Positions 12,456-27,647 of a stretch of DNA of 64,000 nucleotides are shown here, piece by piece. Below the pieces are notes generated by a model. It had not been told where the DNA came from. It saw only the letters and a list, made by a program, of their open reading frames with translations, and ran no database searches. The number at the start of each line of letters is the position of its first letter. Position 1 is the first letter of the stretch. This DNA comes from Chrysomallon squamiferum (lineage: Eukaryota > Animalia > Mollusca): the NCBI GenBank assembly GCA_012295275.1, contig CM022672.1, positions 9,238,001 to 9,302,000 of the forward strand, given 5' to 3'. Made by a program: the position numbers and the translations under genes.

Positions 12456-13701
12456 TAGTATATATCTAGTGTTGTTCGTGTGCAGTTTTTGAATCGTTAC
12501 GTTGTATATGTTTTACTATGATGGATCTCTCTGGTGACTGCAGTTTTTGACTGATGGATGAAAGCGACAGAATGACACGTTGATATTAATTCTTTCTTGA
12601 GTTTTATTTGCAAATGATTGTGTTTGATGCAGTGACGGATAGGGAAGCGATGTACTCCGTGTCATAGCTGCTGTATTTTACAACAAAGATATTCCACGGT
12701 ATACACTTGTATCTATAGCATATCGGTAACTGATCATATAGTTTTTAGTTTATACTTAAGATTGATGAATCGTTTTAAACAAACAGTACTGCGTTCTGTT
12801 TATCTGAAATAACACTGAAGATAATCATAATAATAATACTAATACTACTAATAATAATAATAATCAGAAGAAGAAGAAGAAGAAGACGAAGAAGAAGAAA
12901 AACGTTTAATTATATGTATTTTGGATTCCTTTCTTTATGCACCTTTTAATAGCTTTAATTTATGTACACTTTTATTTTTCTATTCTTTTTCTGCCTTATT
13001 TTCTGTAAAACTGAAACATTAATACATGTGTCTGTGAACTTTATTAGGCTACTAATTGTTATTTTTTAATTAATTAATTAATTTATTTATTTAACTGAAA
13101 ATAAAATAGTGTGAGATGATCGACCAGTAAAAAAAAAAAATATATAAATAATAACAATAATAAAAACTAGGCTGCTACATTATTTATTTATGTATTTATT
13201 TACTGTTTTTCTGTGTACACTTTCCATTCGATCTATCTGTCCCATCTAATCTACCAATCTCTCTGCTTGTCATCTTCGCTGTCTGTCTGTCTGTCTGTCT
13301 GTCTGTCCTTCCCATCAGTTAGACTTGCATTGTTGTCATGGCGACTGAATTCTGACTAATATTAGAGATAGCCGTCTTCCTAATTTTAATAACAATCATT
13401 ATTGGATTTGGGCCAATGGTCGGCAATTGGTGAAGACCGGAAACGGGTCCAAATGAGGAAGTGACCATGCATAGCCTTAATTTATATCTTATTTTTTTGA
13501 TCTGGAAAGACACAGAACATATGTCTGACCACATTTCACAATTTTGAATAAAGAGCTTCAGTAATTAAAACAGATCTGACTGTACAGATCTGTTTATATA
13601 TACACGTTTGTATATGTTTATGTTTATGTGCTTCTGTGTATATGTATAGACATAGACTCTCTGTTTTATACACCTCCGCAGACACACACACACACACATA
13701 C

Positions 13702-13770
<69 letters not shown>

Positions 13771-16700
13771 ATTTGTATTACCTCTATTGACAAGAAACAA
13801 CAGTTAAAGTTATATAAATGTCATTAAGCGCTATTGCAATAAATATAAAGTGAATAATATTACTGATACAGTTTATTACTATTGTAGGTTAACAAAGAAA
13901 ACTACAATCAAAACATCGCTTTTTCACTCATAAATTATTATAATTACTAAAATATTCTAAAAGGGACAAAACAAAAAAAATACCAAATTCTCTTAAAGAA
14001 ATGTGTTCAGTGGTGTCCCATGAAAACACGTCTCTATTTAAGAAACTGAATTTGATATAACAAAAACAACAATAAGAACTCTCCAAAACAAAACAACAGC
14101 AAAACGGCTTCAGAAGTCTTAACAGTCTTCAGAAGATATTTGGACCAGCACTTAAACAGGAAGCAAAAAATATCTATCTATCTATCTAGAGTAAAAGATT
14201 TTCAATCTCGAGATATTCGATATTAAAACAGCACCATTCAGACACGATGCGCTTTGCCAAAAAACCCACAAAGAAAGTTTTGTGAGACATTCAAACAGTG
14301 GCGTCTTTTAGACGATCTCTCACCACTGCACAGAAGATTCACTCCATTTAGTTTGACGTTCTGGAAATGAATCTTGTTTTCTTTTCACAACTTTCTCATA
14401 TCGACCGTCAGTTGCTGTTCTGTTACTATTGTTATTGTCATTATTTTATTTTATTCGCTATATGCATGTACTCTTATAGTACTGATAGTAGCCTGTGTGT
14501 GTGATAGCTGCTACCTTCGTCTGTGAGCCTGATATTTTTTCCATATTATATTTTATTAATTATTTTAATTGTGTGTTTGGAAACCATTTTTGAATGGTTT
14601 TGTGTGTGTGTGTGTGTATGTGTAAGCGTGTGTGTGTGTTTAATAATTCATTCAGGCACGCACAAACCTATCGACAAATGACATAATTATGGGTACGTAT
14701 TATAATTCACACACGCATGCACATATTTGCCTCACATGTGTGCGTGAGTCGGTCTTTGCGACTGTGTGTGTCTCATACGTAAAGCCTGCGAACAGTGAAT
14801 AATTACAATAAAGAGATTCATTTGTTAACTTAACGTTCTGTCGAGAACGCTGTTATTTCATTTCAGTGAAATGATGGAGTCTGTGTCTGGACGGTTATGG
14901 AAACATAACAAGGCTTGTAAATGTGTGTGTCTTACAATATCTGCAGAAATACACGTACAAACGTGTTGAGAAATGGAAAATCAAACTAAGTAAAACTCTG
15001 CAGTTTTCTCCCTCTGCGTCACGACCAGTGTATATTGGCTTCATTGTGTTTGCTCCATATATCAAATTTAATTAATAATGGATATCTCTAATATATAGTG
15101 GATATGAACCATGACATTTTAGTCGTGAGTAATGACTGTCGTGTTGAAAAAGAAAATAATAATAATAATTGGTCTCTGTAACAAGCATTAATACATGCCC
15201 ACACAGCCATATGTATTGATGCCATAACGTTATTTTATCTCGAGAATAAAAAATTATATAACTTTGGGTTTAATTCATTAGTTATATAATTACATAATAT
15301 TTTATATTCAGTCAGAAACAAACACAGAATACGTTTTAACCTTCTGAGGCCTAATGACGTTTGCTTTTCTAATCTGCGCTGGATAAAGATGACATTTTAA
15401 AAAGGTAACCAATCATCACTTTTATCCTGCAATCCTAAATAAAACAGAAACTAAATGAACTTAATAGTTTTATTTCTCATCTCACTGCTGACGAGAGTAG
15501 AAGAATCATACTTACTGATTTCGTTTTTTGTTCACTATGTGATTGCATATATATATATATATATGTAACTTTAAAATATATGCCAAAAAACAAATATATA
15601 TTCAAATTGTTTTCCAGATTAATTTTTATATAATTACCATCTAATTATTTATGAACTGCTGTCGAATTTTAATTTAATTTCAGTAAGATATTTATACCAC
15701 CACATAACACTTGTTTTCATCCGACTTGCTAGGTGGGGGAAAAAAAATGGCTAGTTTAACTCCATTATGTAAATACGGTCATCTCAGCACCACGTTTGCT
15801 ATTGGTATTAGCCAGTGACCACTTAACTCGGAAAACACCAGCATTTCTCCAGATGACCATCAAAGTCAGAATTCATCGCTTACATGTCCAGTAATTGCTT
15901 CCTTACTCCAATTAAGCTCTCGAAACTACGATCCAAAAGCGTTCGCATGGGTTTGGACTTGCGCAGTAAATCAATGATGACAGAATGACGGTAAATCTTT
16001 TCGGAAGCCGATAGAACTAACTGCCAGAAACCGGCATTGTCTAATGTGTAAATAAACGGGCGCTTTATGACACTGTATAATCCATCGTGGGATATAAATG
16101 TTTAATGATTTCCAATTAGTGGTTTTCATACTAATTTCAGATTCTGTTTATGGGTGCTATAGATGCGGATATGTCTGAGTTGTAATGAGAAAGACGAATT
16201 TAGTTGTTGTTGGTAAATTCGTGTTATTTTCCGTACCAACCAGAGCTGATCAGATCAGAATTGAAAATCATTGTTAATTAATAGCAAGATCAAACAACAA
16301 GAACAGCAATTCAGTAGTAGTATAGTAGTAGTGGCACCAGTAATAATAATGACGACAATAACAACAACGGCAACATAGCAGTAGTAATATAATAGTAGCA
16401 GAAATAGTAGTAGTAGTGGTGATGTTCGTTAGAGTAATGAGGACGAAAACAACAACGAAATACTTCTACTACTTCTACTACTACTTCTACTTTTAGTACT
16501 ACTAATATAAAAATAATTTTAACAGAGTTTTGGAAACGTATTAACAATATTAATATTAATGAAGTGATTTTTCGATCGAACGAAATGTCTTATCGAAATA
16601 AAAACAAACAAACAGTAAATAAATAAATAAATATATAAAAATCAGTTTCTTATATAAGAACAGAACGAAAAGATATTTATTTCTGAAACGACGCATTACA

Positions 16701-17147
16701 AATACTTTCACATAGAACTTTGCACTGCTTTTGATTCGTGTCAATAATGTGGGTAACAGATCATTGCTATTTTAATACAGGTTGCAGTTATTAAATTTAG
16801 CATTATTTTTGTCTTTCATATACGTGTATGTTAACTTGAGTATGATGTTCTCGGATTAATATAGCCATTACAATAACAGGAAGTCATATCTGTTTCTCCT
16901 GACAACATTTTCCCTTGAGGTTTTTTCCAGAAGACGGAAGTCTTATTATTTGAAGAAAATACGTATGTTTTTAAAGATTATTTTGTTTTTATAGCAGATG
17001 CCATGTTAATTAGGTGACATTCAGCGTACGTAGCCTATTATTTGCATACATTCATTAAAAAAGAAAAAGAAAAATTAGTGGTAGTTCTGTTTTTAGAATC
17101 CGGTTTAGTCTAGATCGTGTGTGTAATTCTGTCTGTTTGTTTGTGTG

Positions 17148-17193
<46 letters not shown>

Positions 17194-17672
17194 TTTTGAA
17201 TATTAATTAAGCGTGCGCGTATGTTGTGTGTATGATATATATAAAATATATAACAGCGCACCATTCACATTCAAGTTGAAACATGTTTCATTTTCAAACG
17301 AGGGGTAATCGGTGCATGACAATGTTTGCAGTTCCTTCAATGATTTTTTTTATTACTATATTTTTTGTCGTGTTTTGTTTATAATCTATGAGAGATTTAT
17401 AAAAGAAATAATAATAATAATAATAATATATATATATATATATGTGATATTCTGCAGTCAGTATGAAATAGTTTCTGTTTTGAAACATATTTATGAATTG
17501 TTACTTGCATGTTTTGTTTTCTTATAATATGATCTGTTGTTAATAGCATATATTTTTTCTTTTTCTAGAAAAAATGTAGTTTCAAAGAGAAATGCAGAAT
17601 TAATGACAATCTGTTAGTCATGCCATGTTTTTTTTTTTTTTTTTTTTTTTTTAAATGTTGTATTTTTCGCAG

Positions 17673-17686
17673 ATTGCAGTAAACAG
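17673..17686 (+). other. Candidate 14-nt microexon (ATTGCAGTAAACAG)
   Basis: Long T tract plus tatttttcgcag| acceptor and donor CAG|GTAAAA; length 3n+2. Confidence 0.25.
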
Positions 17687-17804
17687 GTAAAACCTACAGT
17701 GTGAATAACATTATTATTATTTTATTATAAACATTATTTTTCTGTACCGTTTAGCACGCAGTATTGTTATCAATTATTTTTACTTTTGAAAACAGAGGTA
17801 CTGG

Positions 17805-17841
<37 letters not shown>

Positions 17842-18617
17842 ACCACAGTCATCATCATTATCTTCGTGAGTATCCTTATCATCATCATCATCATCATTAT
17901 AATGTATCACCTGTTTTTATATCATTCTTTAATATAACTGTCTTCTTGTACCTACATCATTAGGTATATGTTTTTCTTATGTGTATTGTGACATATATCA
18001 ATCACTTTATCATAAGATGCTAATTAAATGAACACAGATTTCCTATAGATCATGTGCATTTCTTTCTTGTTTCATTTATTACTCTCCTTTTTTGCTTTAC
18101 TTGTTCAACCTATTTCCATTTTTTTCTTTCTTCTTTATCTTTTTTTCTCCTTTGTGTTGTTTTCTTTTCATTAACAAGTAATATATTTAACTAAAGATAG
18201 ATACTCTTATGCGTAAGTAGAAATGTGAAAAATTGATATTTTAAAATAACCATGGGATGTTATATTTTACAATTTATGTTGGCAGATCTAGAGGTTGCTA
18301 ACCTACTTTGTAATTTACTGGCTTTTTGTGTTAGTTTTTGGAGGGCGTGCATTTTTTTTTTCTTTGTTTCTTGTTTTCTTTTCTTCTTCTTCTTTTTTCG
18401 TCTTTTTTAAAAAAAAATGTTTTATTTTATGTTTTTTTATATATATTTATTATTATTATTTTTCACAATGAAAGGTATTTTATCTTGAAGTGGTATCTAC
18501 TACATTTCTATTACTAAGAAGGATACATCTTTTCAGAAAATGCAGAACAACCAATTCTTACCGATCTTGTTATTAATGCTGTTTTATTTTTATTATTATT
18601 ATTTCATTATTGTGAGT

Positions 18618-18685
<68 letters not shown>

Positions 18686-20699
18686 CTACTCATTATTCAA
18701 GACCTGTAGTTGTTAATTTGCTTCAAGACTTTAAATTAATTGGATTCTTGATGCATCCGTTCTTAGACGATGCACTGTTTAACAAACAGCCAGTGTAAAT
18801 AACTCAAAATGCTGTGCAAGCACTAGACTATAACAATTAGAAGAATCTTTCTCGCAATCCATACTCTCAGGAAATTAGAACCTGGTGGAGTACTGCGAAA
18901 TAAATCTTATTCTAGGTTATTTTTTTTTTTTTTATTTTAACTTTTTTTTTTTTTTTTTTTTAATTCCGTATTTTACGAGAACTACATCCTAGCGTAAAAC
19001 AAAACCGCCATCTTTAGTGCGACCTTATGTCCCTTTGTAGCATCATTAATACCCGTTCAGAAATGTCCGTGCTGAAGAAGCCACAAGAATTGTATCTAAA
19101 GGCCTCCGAGCATGGAAATAAACACGCCTCGCTTCTGTGGACCCAGCACTGAGAGGCATCTTGGAATTGCAACGGATATTAAAGCAATGGTTCCATCAAG
19201 AGATCCACTCTACGTGACTTTCACTGTGTGCATTTGAACGTCTGATGAGCGACTGACTCCTGCCGAAAGCTAATGGTTTTGCTCTTCACACTGGAAATAA
19301 CATTTCTCAAAAGTGCAGTTAGGCAGCGAAAGGACATCCATGATACGTTACTAGAGGCCATTCAATTTAGAAAAAAAAAAAAAAAATCGAGTAAAAAAAA
19401 AGAAAATATATTTGAGAAAATTAAAAAAAAAGAATGAGGCAATATATAAATGTACACTAAGGAACAATGGGTGAATAAATATATCAATTAATCATTAAAA
19501 ATGAACAGAAAAAATAAATAAAAATAATGAATAAACGAATTAATGGATGATTAATAATGTTACATTATGTTTTATTATAAACGTCAGTGGGTTAAATACT
19601 GTAGTATCATGAGAAAAAAAAGAAAAAAAAAAAAGCCTATCTTTAAGCGGGTTATTATTATTGATTAGCAGTGGCATTTCTTTTTAGACAGATAATACCT
19701 ACGACAACTAATTAACAAGTTAACGCACACTGGCTGGAACGGGAAATTTTATAAATTAGGAAACGGAGAAAAGAAATACGGAACATCTTATTTTTATTAC
19801 TTCACTTTTAATTTAAGAATTACATGATAATTTTATTTTATTTTATTCGATTTTATTTTATTTTATTTTATTTTATTTTATTTTATTTTATTTTTACCTT
19901 TCTATTTTATTTTATTTTATTTTATTTTATTTTATTTTTTTGCTTTGCTCATGTTGAACTGTTTTTAACTCAACATTGCGTTGACTCACAGAATAATCCC
20001 ACAGACTGACATCATTTCTCCTCTGGAAGTCGCATTCTGTCACAGCTAATTAAACATCTGAGAAAATAAAACGTCAATTCAGCTTGCTTTTCTGCTCTCA
20101 CTGCGAATTTGGCTGCGAAGATAGGATTTTTAATATAATTTACACATCATAATACATTTATACTGAAAACGATCTTCTACGGCTAATAACATTTGATGCA
20201 CACAAAAACAATTTTTCCTTTCCTTTGTAATGTGTTGATTAAAGTAACAAAGAGATGATTTTGTTTTTGGTGGAGAGATGCATTTCAGAGTCAGTTTGAC
20301 TTGGTAAACCCGATAACTTGCAACATGCATACGTAAGATATACTTGCAAACACAAATACATGTACACAAACACATATTGACATACATATTTTTAAATATA
20401 TGTACATACATACATACATACATACTGCATACATACACACATACATAAATTCATACATACATACATACATACAAACTTAAGTATACACACTATCATTTAT
20501 ATTCTGATCCTAAACAAATATATTTTAGTGTATATATATTTTATATCTGTTATGTAAATAACGTGTGAAATATGTATGTGTGTATGTAAACAGAGAACAT
20601 AATACACGCTATTAAAACAATGGTGTTATATATGCGAGCCAACAACAACAACATCAAAGACTCTGCAAGCGTTTTAGTACAGATATACATCTGCTTGAA

Positions 20700-21620
20700 G
20701 AATGACCGGCAAACCATTAAGATCTGATCTCGATATCGGTTACGATAAAAGAAACAAGACTTGAGTGACTGAACTTTACTAATAACTTATTATAGCTGCA
20801 TTTAGCTGACGAGACACGTCAGTGATTTGTGACGAAGGGAGACGCTGGGCTCAAGGGTTGTCCATATATTCCGTCTCGAGTGCAGCTTCTCTAATTGTGC
20901 CGAGTTACCCTGTACAAAGAAACCGGTTCTTAATACATCAGGGCTTGTCTCTTCTTCTTTGTACGTAGATGTTTGACTGGGATATTGGATATTTTCTCTT
21001 GTACTTCTTTCAGCACTGACATATGATCGATGAACTAAACAATGTGCTCTATTAATGGAAACTTATCTGACAAATTGCTCCAGATTGATCTCGTTTTTGC
21101 CTTCACTGACCTCAAATCATCTCGCCACGACAGACTTTCCTTCTCGCTCTTTAGTTGCGTGTGACCCCAATCTCCCATAACTCAGCTCGCCTTTCTTCCC
21201 CTCCCGCCTTTCAGTATTGACCGAGCAAGATCTCGAGAGCCGGTCACCATGGTCAGTTCATGCAGAATCTCTCGACTTATCGACAGACCATTCGTCTTTT
21301 TCCGGAGAAACGAGTCCCGCACAGACGATATCACCACTAACTTATTACGACTATTTCTATTGAATTAACTGTCTATGCAACGATTCTCTCCGCTCGCAAT
21401 TTCCTCTCTGATGATCTTTCGACTGACGGAGATAAGATTCGGCGAGAAACCGCCAATCTCAGATACTAAAGCACCCGAGGATAATGCTCGGACGGGCCAC
21501 CAATTGGATTTTCCCAATCAATATTGGTTCTTTAAGAGCAAAATCGTTGCCTAATCTTGTACGTTCTGCCAAATCAAACTCAATGAAGACAGAATTCTCG
21601 AAGACGTCTTGGTCAACAAT
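20700..21620 (+). promoter_or_regulatory. Putative promoter/long 5'UTR for exon D with several uORFs
   Basis: About 900 bp CpG-rich island; uORFs at 21055-21180 and 21484-21666. Confidence 0.45.
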
Positions 21621-21808
21621 ATGTCTGCAGAGACAGGTTTTTCCCCCAAGGACTGTCCGAAGCTGATCGACCAACTAAAAGTCCATGTGGCACATAGCAC
21701 CGTCCTCATAATGATGGTCGTGACAAAAATGATTTCTCCGCCAGACGAATCAACGGATGGAGACGATAAAGAAGTTACAAGTGAACTGACAGCGGTGGAA
21801 GACGTGAG
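21621..21808 (+). CDS. Candidate alternative first coding exon D (MSAETGFSPKDCPKLIDQLKVHVAHSTVLIMMVVTKMISPPDESTDGDDKEVTSELTAVEDV-AG|, phase 2)
   Basis: aatATG at 21621, 62 codons + 2 nt, donor GAG|GTATGT at 21809; embedded in the largest GC/CpG-richer island (~20700-22100). Confidence 0.7.
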
Positions 21809-22653
21809 GTATGTCTCTCCTTGTCGTTGCCTTTATTCACTTAGTCAGCCGCAATACGTTTTTTCTTTGTTGCTTCCGTTGGTCATTAGACATTTTCTTT
21901 GCTTCATTTGCGTCGTTTCTCTCTCCTGTCAGAGTTTTTAGACAAACTTCCGTTAAGTCGGCACTGCTGGCTATTGCCCAGACAACAGGACTTGTTGCTT
22001 GGTCGTCCAAGAAATCGTGTTGATATTCACAACAAATTAGCGAACCAAGATGTCGCACATCTTGTACGATGAATCCAGGAAGTGGTTCTCAAAACGCGAA
22101 TAAGCTGTGTTTGTGAAAATAGATGAAGCGTAAAGGATAAAGTGGCATACGTATTTTTTAAATTAGCTTTGGTAAATAAAATATGCAATTGTTATATTGA
22201 TTTTATAAGAGTAAATGAGAACGGGTTTTTCTTTTGTTTATTTATATTCTTCAGTCTATCTATCCATCTAACTATTTACAAAACTGTTTGTCTGTCTCTC
22301 AGTTCTATCTGCCTGCCTTTCTGTCGTTTTGTTTATCTTCTGTTCTTATTCTTTGTATCTGCCTAAAAATGTTGTTTCTGTCTTTCTGTTTTTCAGTTTC
22401 TCTTATCAAAATATGGAATATGAATAATGAAACATTTGATTTTTTGATTATTAAAACCAATAATTAGATATATCTATAAATACTAATTAATAGATACTAT
22501 AGTTGTTTTCTTTTCAATTCTTCTTTTTCCTAACCTTCTTCAACTTTCTCTATATATATTAAAAATATATATATTTGACGGTCTTTGCTTCAAACGAATA
22601 ACATATTAGACCACACCTCAAATACACTTCTAATGTCTCAATATATTAAAGAT

Positions 22654-22763
<110 letters not shown>

Positions 22764-24814
22764 AACTCAAAACTCCCATCTGAAATCCATTTCAGAGATT
22801 ACTGCTGCAACATAATTCATGCCTCGTTGCAAAGACTAGAAAATATGTCATGCATAACTTAAGTTATGACAGATTTCTGTATGCAGTGCAGTTTTATCTT
22901 CTACACCGAGATAATACACTGTATTCTCAAATTCACTTCCAGTGAAAAAAACTCTATGCATTGTGGGATGCTGTAAGCATACATCCAATGTAATTATAAC
23001 ATATAAACTATCTTCTCTGCGTATTACTAACAGCGTACCAATAAAAACTTTAAACTATAACCCCACGTCCTCATCGCGATGTGTCATAAAATGCTAAACT
23101 AAGCTAGACGAAGCAGCGAGGTTCATTCTGTCGTTAACCATTTTACACCAGAAGCCTGTCTTTAGAGATAATTGATTCTGTACCCTGACAGTACTTATGT
23201 GATTTGAGGACAAGTTGAAAATGGCATACGTAACGAAGTTCATCCAAGACGAGAACCGTTGGTTGTGCTGACACAGCGGCTCGTGGTCTGCGCGAAGATT
23301 ATTGACTGTCTGTGAGGCGGGTAGTAATCTTGTTTTGATTCGATTAGAAGAATCTACACGTCTGTGTCCAATTTGCTTCAACCGTCAGTCCACTGTCATT
23401 ATTTATCTCAGAAACTCCTCAAACTTTTAGCTGTTTGATATCAGTAAAGACAGCGAAGACAATAAAAACACGCAGCTCGTGGTAATTAGTTCATGTAAAG
23501 TCTGTGTAAATTATATTTTTATACGTTTATACTGATATCGGAAACCCTGATATATGAACTCAGAACATACACGCGTACGAATAGTGAAAAGAGTGAATTC
23601 AGTATATAATGAGCATGCATTCGTATGGTTATATAAACACACTTTCCATAAATATAAAGGACGTATGTACATCCATACATACCAACATATCTACTTGTAT
23701 ACCTTTGTATATATATATATATATATATACACATAAACGTACACATACACACACATACATACACACATATATATTTATATATATGCATAAAGGTATACAT
23801 TCATGTATGCATACATATATTAATACATACACACATACAGTACTTTAAAATAATTACATCCATACATACATACATACATACACACATACATGTTACATAG
23901 ATATACATATAATCATACAAACATAATCTCTAAAGACAGTTACATATGTAACTAGTATCTTGAGACATACAGAATACTAGATATAAATGATTATTATTTG
24001 TAACTTTTTAATTTTTTGGTTTGTTATTTCAAACACTACTGGATAATGAATAAATACATAAGGTCGTTCGGTGGTTTAATGTTTCGTGTTATTGTTCCCT
24101 ATTTTATTGTAGCAAGATAAAATATATGGGAATTTCAAGTGTGCCGTACTATTTGAAAAATGTTCAGGAGAAACCATTTATTTACCCTTTATTTAATTTC
24201 GTTTTTTCCTTTCTTTTTTTTTTTTATTCTTCACCAATATCTTCACTCAGAATTGATCAAATTTCTTTTTCTCATTGCAATCATTATTTACACTTCTGCA
24301 CAAATGATATTTTTTTTTTATATTCCAGAGACATTTTTTTTCTGGTATGTATAACAGTTAACACGGGCTGTAAATGAATGCAGTATTGATGGAGCCAATT
24401 GGATGAGAAGCATGTGTCTGGGGAGTTTTTGGTCTAACCAGGCAGACCGCGGCTTCCCGAGCGTTTATTGCTTTTCAGTTTTCATTCCAGATATTTATCG
24501 ATGATTAATGACAGTTTTAAGGCTTCGAAGGCATCTGCCGAAATATGGTCTGATTCGCTTTTTATTCGACCTCTTACCCACTTTCACACGATGTTAATTA
24601 ATTTCTTGGGTGTTTCTGTTGGATCCGAAAATAACTACTAAGTGCATGCTGTTGTTAACTGGTTTAGTTTGGAAAGTGCACATGGTTCTGTCCGCAATCA
24701 ATAACAGCAAGGGTGTACAGACTGATGATTTACGAAGAAGAAACAAAAGACTTTAGTAGTTTTTATGCTACTGGCCTCAGTTTTATTTAAGATCTTTGTG
24801 CTAAAACTACAATT

Positions 24815-24925
24815 CAGAACCTTTATACTTAGTATGAACTGGATGATGGCCATTGGCTAATACAGAGAGGGACTAGTGGGCGATCGATCCTTCCCTAATC
24901 GCTTCAAACGTATTGCACTGACAGT
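24815..24925 (-). mobile_element. Highly diverged SINE fragment
   Basis: CATTGGCT..GAGAG..GGGCGATCGATCC motif order matches the other copies. Confidence 0.35.
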
Positions 24926-25981
24926 GTTGCACTGATAGCAGTTGTGTCAGAAGATCTTGGTTCACGTATCATGTGTTTGGCAATAATAAAGAAGAAAAAT
25001 CCTTACAAAACAAAAAAAAAAAAAAAAAAAAAAACCGTCAACAAGAATAAACTCGACACAAATTAATATTATAAATGAAAACAATTTTATATATGTAAAA
25101 AGTATTGGTTTGTGTTTCACACACGTCTTACATTGTAGATTTTTAAATCACGCCACACTCTCATATCCTTATCAACAGTTAAGATAAGACATTCATTCAT
25201 TCCTTTATCATACATTTTGAAGAAAGATAAAACGATGCAATAACCTAAGACAACATAATTTGAAGCTGTAAAATCCAACTGATTTTGTCTTATTTAATGA
25301 TTTTAAATTAGATTTCAAACCCACGTTATTTATCAATAGCTGGAAACAGACTTTAACATACGGAAGGAATCAGTTATTAACTCTCACACAGTATCGGATT
25401 TTCTCGCTTTTCACGAAGCCAGGAAGTAGCGAGTTTCAAAGAAATTATCTACCAGTTCATGGAAAGTTTTCCGCGAAGTTCAAGAAAGGTCATCTACAAT
25501 GAAAATGTTGCTAATTGAATCCAGACCTTTGTCGTAAGCAAACGATGCGATCGGGTCAGAGCCCTGATTGAAAACGTTCCTTTCGGAGATTATTCTTAAA
25601 ATGTCATTTTCAGTATTCAGTACTTCTAACAGTAATAGGATTAGTGACATCGTACTGTGGTGATCATTAGAAACACGCTTTGAAATTGTATTAACACTTA
25701 ACGTGAGGAACAGCCTTAACGATTCTCGAAGAACAAAAACAGATCGTTCATTACCCTCAAAATGAACTCGGTTTCTGATCACCTGTAGTCGGCGCTGTTG
25801 CTGTCGTTAGGTCATCGAGCTAAAACTGGTGCACCCAAGATGACGAAATCGTATCTCAGCATAAAACTGAAACCTAGGATCAGATAGATGTGATGAAGGC
25901 TGTAATATATAATCTCCAGATATATTCTCGACCTGCTAATATATTTAAGACTGATAGATAAAAGAAATATGTTAATAAAGA

Positions 25982-26038
<57 letters not shown>

Positions 26039-27590
26039 TAATAAATTAAATAATTTATGGTTATGTAGCGATATGCATTTCGTCATACGTGTCAGAAGGT
26101 AGTGAGAAATTAAAACCGCCACCACTATACGTTTCTGAATTAGCGGACTTTTTATATGAACTTTCCCCTTTACTCAGAAAAGCCAGCCATTGTTTTGATA
26201 CACCAGTAATTGTGCACCGGCTTGGATGGGAAATTGTGCAATTTAACTGCTTTGAAGGATTGATCTTTCCTTCCATCTCACCTGACCGTGCTCTCGTACC
26301 ACTGAGCCAAAACTCGCCTTCATCGACTTGCTAATAATTATGTCTAAAACAGGAAATTCTGCTTCTACCATTACAGCCTTCTGCAAAAGCGGGCACTGAG
26401 AGAAAATGCACGCCTTAATTTATTAGTTTAGCTTTATTAAAAGTGGGATACACAGCTGGGAGGATAAGGTACGCAATGTTTCTTTATTAGAGGTCTGTTA
26501 TTTTGTTCGTATCAAATATTTTGAAGAAACTAGTGCAGAGAAGACGCCAACGTACGTTTTTTTTTTAAAAGTGTCTGATTTTGCCACGACAGCATGTTTT
26601 ATTGTTAACTGGAGAAAACTAGAAATTTAAACTGTACGAATCATACAGGGAACAAAAAAGACAAAAAAAAAAAAAAAAAAAAGAACAGAAAAGTTAAGCT
26701 CTTCTGTCAAGGTTAATGATTTACTGCATAGAAACTCTTCATACCAATTACTTGGTAAATGTATTGCTCTCTTCAGTGTGTCTGCTTTTCATTATGAATT
26801 ACATAACTTTGTTTATTTTTGCAACTGGAGAATCTTGCAGTTCTTTTTTTTTTTTTCCTTTATTTTCCATTCTTTCTTCTTCTTCTTCTTTGTTTCTTCT
26901 TCGTAGTTATTTTACACACTCACGCCCACACTAAGGCAAGACATTCACATGAACATACTAATTAATACAGGCTTATGATTACTATTTGTTTCTAAGATCG
27001 AAGTCTTGGTCTTAATATCAAAGATGCGTAAAATGCTAAACATACTCATTTCTAATTATGTTGACCTTATTATTTCTCGCTTCGGGAACTGAGGCTGTAC
27101 AAGTAAACAAGAAACCAAATAAGACACGTGAAGACTTTTTTTCTATAAGAGAGATGAAACCAGTGAAGATACAGCACAAGATGTCTATCACTGAAGGCTT
27201 TATATGTAATACACTTGATATCAGTTTATAGAAGTCATTTGATCCATATAACACATCGATGCCCGAGGCACGGTTTATTGGTTTTCTCTAACATGTTTAA
27301 ATTTCACCACTAAACCATTATATTCTTAACCAGACTTAGACAGCGCTTTATTAAAATGACTGCATCAAAGCCGAATCATTTATTTTCTGCTTGCAATTAT
27401 CTCAGACGCAATGGCACATGACGTAGAAACACAAAATGTCATTTACACGGTTGACGAGGTTTTTCAATCTACGTATCCAAGAGAAAGTATAACAGCTATA
27501 ACGTGTGTTCAGTAATAACAGCACAGACAAATAGAAATCCATGGCGATGACTTTTAATATTCCTTTATATAAGCAAGTGGAGATAAGTAA

Positions 27591-27647
27591 ATGGAAGCTG
27601 CAGACAGTCAGACGAACCTTGACAATGACATTTTGATATTTGAGAAG
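27591..27647 (+). CDS. Candidate phase-0 first coding exon (MEAADSQTNLDNDILIFEK|)
   Basis: TAA-ATGG at 27588-27594, 19 codons, donor AAG|GTCAGT at 27648. Phase 0, so it would need an adapter exon to join the phase-2 set. Confidence 0.35.

Noticed and set aside
14736-14743. ATG TGT GC|GTGAGT phase-2 mini exon
   Set aside because: Lies in (CA/TG)-rich simple sequence where such motifs arise by chance.
20906-20920. TACCCTGTA, resembling the miR-10 5' end
   Set aside because: The match breaks after 9 nt and no hairpin is evident; I found no conserved bilaterian miRNA by eye.
21484-21666. 60-aa ORF containing RAKSLPNL
   Set aside because: Terminates before the donor; treated as an overlapping uORF rather than a gene.
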